DNA of 64,000 nucleotides, taken from IMG/VR virus record IMGVR_UViG_3300023174_000033, positions 186,001-250,000 of that record; one strand, 5' to 3'. Below, one piece after another: positions 48,479-55,794 of the stretch. The notes beneath the pieces were generated by a model. The model saw only the letters and a list, made by a program, of their open reading frames with translations. It was not told where the DNA came from and did no database searches. Position 1 is the stretch's first letter. Each line of letters begins with the position of its first letter. A program made the position numbers and the translations under genes.

Positions 48479-49024
48479 TTAAAAGTCTATGTCAAAGTAA
48501 TCAATTAATTCTCCTTTTTCTGTTGTTAGAGTCAAATCACTTCTGTGATAAACGGTTACTTCATAATTCCTTCCGAGTTTAAAAAGTTTTTTTATGAAAG
48601 GAATATCAATATTGTTTTTGTTTACTCTTTCCTCGTCAACCATTACACACAGTACTCTTTTATCATCTTCATCTGTATAGTTTACCACTTCGTCTAAATG
48701 ATCTTTTTCAAGACCCTTTTTGGCAAAGCAAATAAATTTAGCTTCCATTTTCTCGTTACCTGGTAGGTAATTAAAGAAAATCGTTGTATTTGGTTCAATT
48801 TCTACTTCCTCCTTTGTGTAAATTCTTACCCACAAAAAAACAGCTTGCTTTTGAACAATTTTTGATTTAGGTATGAAATCTTCTTTTTCAAAATCTATAG
48901 TGTCCAATTCTATTTTTTGAGATTGTTCAACAATATCCTGATACATTAATTTGTCATCGGATACAATTTTCTTTAAATCCTTTCTATCCGGGAAGATTTC
49001 GTTATCAAAAAATAAGGCAGACAT
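48479..49024 (-). CDS. Hypothetical protein
   Basis: Start moved to MSALFFD (49024). Directly upstream of the polymerase gene. Confidence 0.5.
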   Translation of the reverse strand: MSALFFDNEIFPDRKDLKKIVSDDKLMYQDIVEQSQKIELDTIDFEKEDFIPKSKIVQKQAVFLWVRIYTKEEVEIEPNTTIFFNYLPGNEKMEAKFICFAKKGLEKDHLDEVVNYTDEDDKRVLCVMVDEERVNKNNIDIPFIKKLFKLGRNYEVTVYHRSDLTLTTEKGELIDYFDIDF

Positions 49025-49119
49025 AGTAAATTTTTTATTTTTTATATAAATCAAGCTTAAATTGTTTTCTTTCTTTTTATACTTGATTTTTAATATATAT
49101 CCTATAAATTATTTGTTTC

Positions 49120-49866
49120 ATGTTTATTAAAATTTTTGAAGAATTCACACAGGCTCAATTTGAACCAATAAAATCTTTCAGGTTACAAGATGATTTGAAC
49201 TCTGAATTTTGGGATGATTTTAATTTAGACTCTGAAATAAAATCCGAGTTGCTGAATTTAGCAAATGATTATTTTGAGAATTTAGATTTGGGTAATGTAG
49301 AATTAAAAGATGTGATTTTCACTGGATCCTTGGCTAATTACAATTGGAGCAAATACTCTGATATTGATTTGCACCTAGTTTTTGATTTTTCTGACGTGAA
49401 TGAGGATGTTGATTTGGTTAGAAAATACTTGGATGCTATTGAGAAGAGTTGGAAACTGCAACATGATATTCAAATAAAGGGATATGATGTAGAAATCTAT
49501 TGTCAAGATTCTAATCAGGAACATCATTCAACTGGCATTTATTCACTAATAAATGATGAGTGGATTAAGAAGCCAACCAAAGAAGATTTTGAACCTGATG
49601 AAGATTCAATAAAAAAGAAAGCTTCAATCTATATGGGTTCAATAAATGACCTTGAAAAAGACGTAGAATCTGGTAAATCTTATAATATTCTCAAATCCAA
49701 GATTAAAAAGATATGGAAAAAAATAAAAGATGCCAGACAAGCTGGACTTGAAAGAGAGGGTGAATTTTCTGTAGAAAACCTCGTTTTTAAATTGATGAGA
49801 AGGAATGGATACATAGAGAAATTTATGAATCTAAAAGCTAAATCTTATGATAAACAATACAAATAA
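49120..49866 (+). CDS. Pol-beta-superfamily nucleotidyltransferase with capsid-targeting-like leader
   Basis: FTGS.ANYNW...SDIDLH signature (GS...DxD) and third acidic residue in VEIY. N-terminus MFIKIFEEF. Confidence 0.8.
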   Translation: MFIKIFEEFTQAQFEPIKSFRLQDDLNSEFWDDFNLDSEIKSELLNLANDYFENLDLGNVELKDVIFTGSLANYNWSKYSDIDLHLVFDFSDVNEDVDLVRKYLDAIEKSWKLQHDIQIKGYDVEIYCQDSNQEHHSTGIYSLINDEWIKKPTKEDFEPDEDSIKKKASIYMGSINDLEKDVESGKSYNILKSKIKKIWKKIKDARQAGLEREGEFSVENLVFKLMRRNGYIEKFMNLKAKSYDKQYK

Positions 49867-49868
49867 AT

Positions 49869-50555
49869 ATGATTAGAATTTCAGAAATAGAACAAGTATT
49901 TAAAGATTTATTTGATGAGGAAGAGGGTAAAGTAGGTTCGGTTGAAACTGTTTATGAACTTTCCAAAGATGAAGAATTTTATAAACTAGTTATTTCATTA
50001 CAAAATTTAATGACCGAAAATACTATTCTCATTCATACAAAATTTATATTCAAGTGTGACATAGATAAAAAACATCTAATTGATAGCTCCTTTATTTATT
50101 TATATGACATAAATTGTGTTTACAATAAAGTTGACTTCAAAAACACAATTGAGTTAAAACAGAAAATTGAAGATATTATTGATTCAAATGATTTTGGAGA
50201 GGATATTCAAATATTGTCAGACTTCATAGAAGCTCCGGCCATGTTCTTGAATTATTATCTAAAAAGGTCAAAGATAACAGAATATAGTGTCCATAATGTA
50301 AAATATGACCCGAAATTTAAGACTACTCCTTGTGATAGAGTAAGTTTTGATTTTGAAATCAATATTAATAATAACTATGATATTGATTTATCCATAACAA
50401 AAAAAGAAAAGACTGATCCAGAATCCAATGATGTTTATACTTTTCAATTCAAATTCTTTGAAGAATACAAAACTGTTGAATCTGATTCACTAAAAAATAT
50501 ACATTATATAATTGGTAGTAACATAGCCAAGATACTGGATGAAAAATTGAAATGA
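49869..50555 (+). CDS. Hypothetical protein
   Basis: 228-aa ORF starting 2 nt after the nucleotidyltransferase. Confidence 0.55.
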   Translation: MIRISEIEQVFKDLFDEEEGKVGSVETVYELSKDEEFYKLVISLQNLMTENTILIHTKFIFKCDIDKKHLIDSSFIYLYDINCVYNKVDFKNTIELKQKIEDIIDSNDFGEDIQILSDFIEAPAMFLNYYLKRSKITEYSVHNVKYDPKFKTTPCDRVSFDFEININNNYDIDLSITKKEKTDPESNDVYTFQFKFFEEYKTVESDSLKNIHYIIGSNIAKILDEKLK

Positions 50556-50594
50556 TTTCTAAATATATAGAAACATATAAAATAATAGATTTTT

Positions 50595-51359
50595 ATGAGA
50601 AACGATAGTAGTCAAAATTATAAAACACCTTATAGTAATATTTCTAATTTTAGAGAGTTCACAGATAATGTCCGTAAAGAAAAGGATGAATTGAAAAAAT
50701 TAGATAGAAAATTGAAGAAGCAAGATAGGGAAATTACAAACCCGCATCCGGATGGTATGAATTTTAATACTATAACTCATAAAATGGATAAAAATATCAC
50801 AAAGAAAGATTTAGAAGATAGAATCAAAGCTTTGGAAGATGATGGTGTTGAAGATACTGACCACAAATATAAAATTTCAGAGTCCAAAAGAAGGGTGAGA
50901 ACCTTTGAACATATGGATATGGAACACCATCACGAAGAAACACCATCCCATATGGATCACTCTGGTGAGACTACTTCATATATGTTCTTCACAAATATAA
51001 AAACAATACATCGTTTAGTTAGCGAAATGTTACAATTTGACAAACAATCAGTTAATACCCTATTGAACGATGGTCACAATTGGGCCGAAGATCATTTATC
51101 CGTAGCAAAAGAAAGTGTTAGTCACGTTTTCAATTTCCTTACAAACAAAACAATTAAGGAAAACCACCAAGGATTTAATTATATGTTCTTTGAAAATATT
51201 GAATCAATTCATAAAATGTGTGAGAAAATTTTACAAATGGGTGAATCTGAAATTGATATGATTCTACAAGATGGTCACGATTGGGCAGAGGATCATATAT
51301 CCGCCGCTAAAGAAAATGTGGAACAAGTCCACGATTTCCTAGAAAATGAAATGATGTAA
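50595..51359 (+). CDS. Hypothetical protein with a duplicated ~65-aa domain
   Basis: Two copies of YMFF.NI..IH.......DGH(N/D)WAEDH(L/I)S.AKE.V..V..FL.N. Confidence 0.6.
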   Translation: MRNDSSQNYKTPYSNISNFREFTDNVRKEKDELKKLDRKLKKQDREITNPHPDGMNFNTITHKMDKNITKKDLEDRIKALEDDGVEDTDHKYKISESKRRVRTFEHMDMEHHHEETPSHMDHSGETTSYMFFTNIKTIHRLVSEMLQFDKQSVNTLLNDGHNWAEDHLSVAKESVSHVFNFLTNKTIKENHQGFNYMFFENIESIHKMCEKILQMGESEIDMILQDGHDWAEDHISAAKENVEQVHDFLENEMM

Positions 51360-52867
51360 TGAAACTTAGAAGATACATTGATTTTTTATTACCTATTAAC
51401 GAATCTGAATTAGTTTATTCAGATAGATTCAGAAAACTATTAAGTAAAATAGATTCACCAGTCGCTCAAGGTCTAATAGATTTGGAGAAAAAAGACCATG
51501 AATTTCCTAATAACTATATTGATATCGGAGATAATAAGAATCAAATTACTTTTATCACAGACAGAAAGGCAAAAGAATTGATTTCAAGTACAGAATCTAA
51601 AAAAGTCACACATATGGGTTCTGGTCATTTAACACACTCAGAATCCAATAATAATATTTTTGATGCTCTGGGATATACACCAGAAGGTCCACAAACATAT
51701 CATCCGCAACCAAATGAGGAAGGTGTTATAGAATCAGAATATACATCCCCAACATCAGGTAATGTATACTGTAAAGTTGTGTTCCCTGGTGGTATTTCTA
51801 TTATCAATAAAAGTAGATTGAGAACTGTTGATTTGTCAAAATTACCATTTACTAAAAATAGACAACCAGGTAGGGTTGGAGCTTCAATTCAAACTTTATT
51901 AAGAACTGCGAATGTTAGTTTTTCAAATGCTGAAATTGAACAGTTTGTGAATAAATATAAATCTGAATTTGATAAATTCAATGATGCTTTCAGAAACTTT
52001 GAATTAGTTTCTGGAAATGCAATTCACCATTGGTATCAATATGAAAATTATCTACATGGTAGATCAAAAGGACAATTAAGTAACTCATGTATGTGTTCAG
52101 CATCGGAAAGATGGTTACAAATCTATACACAAAATCCTGATGTCTGTCAATTACTTATCTTAAAAGATGATGACCAACAAGATAAAATAAAAGGGAGAGC
52201 TCTTGTTTGGAAATTATCATTACCTAAAGACATCACTTATGTTGATAGAATTTACACACATGATGATTCTGATTTGGAACTTTTCAAACAATATATTGCA
52301 CAACAAGGATGGTATTTGAAAAAGAGATATACAAGTTCTACTAATGATACCACGATGATCGCGCCAGATGGTTCGGAATCAAGACCAGCAATGTTGGAAG
52401 TCAGATTAAAGGATAAAGAATATGGTAGTTATCCATATTTGGATACTTTAAAATTCTATTCACCTACAAATGGTATATTATCTTCAGAGGGTGGTGAATA
52501 CCAATTAGAAGACACTGGTGGTGGATATTCTAACCAAGAATGTGACTACTGTGGTGGAGATGGTTATGTAGAGTGTGGTGATTGTTATGGTAGAGGTAGA
52601 TTGAGATGTGATGAGTGTAGCAATGGAAAGATTGAATGTCCAGAATGTGAGGGTGCTGGTGAACTTGAATGTAGTACCTGTGATGGTAAAGGTGTAGATG
52701 ATGAAGGAAACCCCTGTGAAGATTGCAATGGCGATGGTACAAAAAAGTGTGAAGACTGTTTCGGTAATGGTGAAAGAGATTGCCCAGATTGCGATGGTGA
52801 AGGTTATGTAGAATGTCCCAACTGTGATGGTAACGGACAGAATTCTTGCCACGAATGTAATTACTAA
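51359..52867 (+). CDS. Protein with SCM/GRALVW/DRIY/YPYLDT core (PcfJ-like) and C-terminal DnaJ-type CxxCxGxG zinc-finger repeats
   Basis: Motifs read from the translation: about nine CxxCxGxG units plus a terminal CHEC. Leader MKLRRYIDFLLPINE/S. Confidence 0.65.
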   Translation: MKLRRYIDFLLPINESELVYSDRFRKLLSKIDSPVAQGLIDLEKKDHEFPNNYIDIGDNKNQITFITDRKAKELISSTESKKVTHMGSGHLTHSESNNNIFDALGYTPEGPQTYHPQPNEEGVIESEYTSPTSGNVYCKVVFPGGISIINKSRLRTVDLSKLPFTKNRQPGRVGASIQTLLRTANVSFSNAEIEQFVNKYKSEFDKFNDAFRNFELVSGNAIHHWYQYENYLHGRSKGQLSNSCMCSASERWLQIYTQNPDVCQLLILKDDDQQDKIKGRALVWKLSLPKDITYVDRIYTHDDSDLELFKQYIAQQGWYLKKRYTSSTNDTTMIAPDGSESRPAMLEVRLKDKEYGSYPYLDTLKFYSPTNGILSSEGGEYQLEDTGGGYSNQECDYCGGDGYVECGDCYGRGRLRCDECSNGKIECPECEGAGELECSTCDGKGVDDEGNPCEDCNGDGTKKCEDCFGNGERDCPDCDGEGYVECPNCDGNGQNSCHECNY

Positions 52868-52870
52868 ACT

Positions 52871-53053
52871 ATGGAAAATATACTCTCATACGAAGATTTC
52901 ATTACAGAAGGATATAACAAACCAAGAAAGGGTATGAAATCTAGATGGTCTGTTAAATACAAGAAGAAGATAAATTGTAGTAGTCCCAATCTTGGATTTT
53001 CACAAAAGCAATATTGTAAAAGAAAGAGAAAGGGTGGAAAATATAAGTCATAA
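52871..53053 (+). CDS. Small basic protein with capsid-targeting-like leader
   Basis: MENILSYEDFITE/G then WS.KYKK.INC..P..GFSQKQYC. Confidence 0.6.
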   Translation: MENILSYEDFITEGYNKPRKGMKSRWSVKYKKKINCSSPNLGFSQKQYCKRKRKGGKYKS

Positions 53054-53081
53054 AAAAACCCACCAAATTTGGTGGGTTTTT
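53052..53081. terminator. Bidirectional intrinsic terminator (ends the tmRNA and the convergent operon)
   Basis: aaaaaaacccacc-aaattt-ggtgggttttt. Confidence 0.85.
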
Positions 53082-53086
53082 ATTTG

Positions 53087-53437
53087 TGGAGATGCGGGGC
53101 TCCGACTCCCCGGTCTTCCTCGACTAGACCTAAAATATCCTTCACAGACTTAGTCAAGTTTTTCTAAACTGACAAAATATTCAATTTGATTTTACGATTC
53201 TAACTGACAGATAACATCGTGAGTTTTACAGACTCAATACTGTTGAAAACAATTAAGCTACAGAAGCTACCTCGTTTGTCTTGAGGATGTTGTTTTGTAG
53301 GGCAAATACTAATTCTTCTTTGCTAGCTACTTCGTTTGTGTTGCCATTTACAGCTTTGATACCTTATTTAATTGGTCGATATCACCCAATGCCTGCTATT
53401 TTAACCCTACGACGCGAATCAATTCCATTTCATCCCC
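53087..53437 (-). ncRNA. ssrA: Transfer-messenger RNA (351 nt)
   Basis: 5' GGGGAUGAAAUGGAAUUGA; 3' GAC-CGGGG-loop-CCCCG-CAUCUCC-A. Acceptor stem has the G3:U70 alanine identity pair and A73. Internal tag ORF 53345..53253. Promoter at 53450..53457 and a terminator directly downstream. Confidence 0.9.
53253..53345 (-). other. tmRNA tag reading frame (A)GNTNEVASKEELVFALQNNILKTNEVASVA*
   Basis: Resume codon GGC after GUAAAU, inferred by analogy with Bacteroidota tags that begin with Gly. 30 codons to UAA. Confidence 0.7.
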
Positions 53438-53474
53438 ATTAGAGTATGTTATATATTAAAAAGAAAATAAAAGT

Positions 53475-53915
53475 TTAAAAAGGAAGGTCATCATCAAAAT
53501 CAAAACTTTTTTTACCACTACTTTCTTTGTAGTAAAAATCGAATGTAATCAATGGTTTTTTGTCCTTGGTATACCAAAGGTCCACTGCTGGCTCGTATGA
53601 TACGAGTATATCTTTATGGATTTTTTTCATCAATCCAATTAAGGAAGAAAATGTGGAAAATTTTCTATCTTGTTCTAAAATAAACTCCATAACAAAATCT
53701 TTATCATGGACAGTCACAGTGTAATTCTTTACACCAGAGTTCCTAATCATCTGTCTTATGGTGGAAGCTAAATGTTCAAATGCAACCTTCACCTCATCAT
53801 TATCATCTTCTGTCTCTTGACTTTTGGGAGATAATTCCGAATTGAAGTCAAAGTCAAACTCATCATCTGATTCATCATATTTTTCAAAAGTTCTTATGTG
53901 TTTATTCCAATTCAT
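53475..53915 (-). CDS. Hypothetical protein with capsid-targeting-like leader and SSB-like C-terminal tail
   Basis: N-terminus KHIRTFEKY, C-terminus FDFDDDLPF. Confidence 0.55.
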   Translation of the reverse strand: MNWNKHIRTFEKYDESDDEFDFDFNSELSPKSQETEDDNDEVKVAFEHLASTIRQMIRNSGVKNYTVTVHDKDFVMEFILEQDRKFSTFSSLIGLMKKIHKDILVSYEPAVDLWYTKDKKPLITFDFYYKESSGKKSFDFDDDLPF

Positions 53916-55288
53916 TAGTCGAAGCGAATTTTTATTGTATTTTCACTAAATGAAATACTAGGTTGATATCTATGTTCAGCGAATAACTTTTCTAACATTT
54001 TCACATCGTCATGGAAATCATTTAATTCACCATTTATAATTTCCATACTCATAACAAGTTTACCTTCTTCACTTGTATATTTTATTTGATTATAGGTGCG
54101 CAATCTTCTTGCTTCACCCACCATTCTAGAATACTTTTTGGAAACTTCCTCATCAATTCCAATTTTTCTTTTAACCGATAAACTGTTCCAATTGCAAGAC
54201 ACTGAAGCTTTGCAAAGTTTCTCAAGATAGGTTATATTTTGAGATTCCGAGTTTCTATGTTCATCAAAATACCCAACAGATATATTTGTACATTCTGGTA
54301 CCAAGTCAATAAAGTTTGCTGAATCGGTAAATACTCCAGTTGGGTCTAAATTCAATTTCATCCCATAATTGTTCATCTCATCACAGAGAGATTTAGCAAA
54401 CTCATTTGAGCAACACTGAACCCCCATCTGTTGGGTAATTACTGAAAAATAATTTCTTCTATCAAACGAGACTACTTTCTTTATATCTTTCATGAAAGAG
54501 TAATTTCCATAATTATTAGCAACCGCTCTAGAACCAATACCACCTCTTTCTTCTCCTATGAAGAACCAATAAACACCCGGTACATTGTTGTGGATCATGT
54601 ACATCAATACCGTGACACCAGCTTTGTCATCAGCTCCTAGAATTGATTTACCATCTGTTGCTATAAATGTCTGACCATCTTTCTCAAACTCAATAAGGTT
54701 TATTTCATTCTTTGATCTTGATGCAGTATCAAGGTGGCAAGTGAAAGCTGTATCGGACTTACCTATAACGTGGTAATAGTTACCATGTCCGTCTTTTTTC
54801 AAAAAGTTGGGTAAATACTTAACCACCTCTTCTTCATATCCGTGTGGATAAGTTTCAGTGACTAATGATAAAAATGTGCCTTTTATATCACTTGGGTCAT
54901 ATTGAAACTCTGGTATATCTACAAATTCATATTCATCCCCCTCGTCCTCACCACCGGTATCCAATAATTTATTATATGCGGTAACAAATTTCTGAATTTG
55001 TTCATCTGAAAATTGAGTTCCAAAATAGTTTTTTAAAAATGCGGTTATCCTAACATCTATGTTGTGACCTGATATAGTTACTGTAAACCTACCTTCTTTA
55101 TCCGATAGGTCAACTTTTTCTACACGCATTACGTTCCGGATAGTAGGATTTGAATCCAAGTCGTAAAGGGACCAAGCCACTTCAGAGTTCTGTGTTTGTG
55201 CTAGTTTATCTAACATAATCCAGAAATCATCGGAAAATTTAATTAGTGGATCGGGTTTATAATTTTTCCCCTTTTTATCTTTAGCCAT
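53915..55288 (-). CDS. M28/M20-clan zinc peptidase/amidohydrolase
   Basis: CHLDT, LGADDKAG, GEERGGIGS, SFDRR, FTDS, NISVGY..EH metal-binding motifs. Confidence 0.85.
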   Translation of the reverse strand: MAKDKKGKNYKPDPLIKFSDDFWIMLDKLAQTQNSEVAWSLYDLDSNPTIRNVMRVEKVDLSDKEGRFTVTISGHNIDVRITAFLKNYFGTQFSDEQIQKFVTAYNKLLDTGGEDEGDEYEFVDIPEFQYDPSDIKGTFLSLVTETYPHGYEEEVVKYLPNFLKKDGHGNYYHVIGKSDTAFTCHLDTASRSKNEINLIEFEKDGQTFIATDGKSILGADDKAGVTVLMYMIHNNVPGVYWFFIGEERGGIGSRAVANNYGNYSFMKDIKKVVSFDRRNYFSVITQQMGVQCCSNEFAKSLCDEMNNYGMKLNLDPTGVFTDSANFIDLVPECTNISVGYFDEHRNSESQNITYLEKLCKASVSCNWNSLSVKRKIGIDEEVSKKYSRMVGEARRLRTYNQIKYTSEEGKLVMSMEIINGELNDFHDDVKMLEKLFAEHRYQPSISFSENTIKIRFD

Positions 55289-55299
55289 GGACTTATATA

Positions 55300-55689
55300 T
55301 TAACTTTTGGAAACAAATATCTCGTAAGAGTTATTGTAATCTACCTTTACTTGACCAGGATTTAATTCTGGTGTCTTTTTTACATATTTCTTTTTACAAT
55401 AAACAACACAAATTTGGTCTTCCTTTGATTTTGAATTTTTTGCGGCTATTTGTGCGACCTTTTTTATAGTAAGCTCCATTGGGACTTTATCCTTAATTTT
55501 AATTAAAACATGGCTACCTGGTACACCTTTAGCATGGAACCATAAATCCTCATCTTGCCCCATTTCAAAAGTCAGATAATCGTTGGAATTTGCGTCCTTT
55601 CCCTGTAATATTAAAAACCCATCAATTTCATGTTTTTTAATCTTTGGTCGTTCTTCACTTGACTCAAAAAAAGATTTTAAATGTTTCAT
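55300..55689 (-). CDS. Stand-alone NFACT-R (RqcH/FbpA C-terminal, DUF814-type) RNA-binding domain protein with capsid-targeting-like leader
   Basis: DGF.I..GK.A..ND.LT......DLWFHA.GVPGSHV.I...A..AA..SK.....V.Y...K.V.K.....PG.V. N-terminus MKHLKSFFES. Confidence 0.85.
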   Translation of the reverse strand: MKHLKSFFESSEERPKIKKHEIDGFLILQGKDANSNDYLTFEMGQDEDLWFHAKGVPGSHVLIKIKDKVPMELTIKKVAQIAAKNSKSKEDQICVVYCKKKYVKKTPELNPGQVKVDYNNSYEIFVSKS

Positions 55690-55794
55690 CTGTTTCGGTA
55701 ATACTTATGGACAATTTTAATATATAATATATATTTTAATATTAAAATAAATAGTTATTTGTAAGCGAAAAATTTAACTCTTTATCAAAAATTT

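Noticed and set aside
52541-52867. DnaJ chaperone
   Set aside because: Only the CxxCxGxG repeats are present. There is no J domain or HPD motif.
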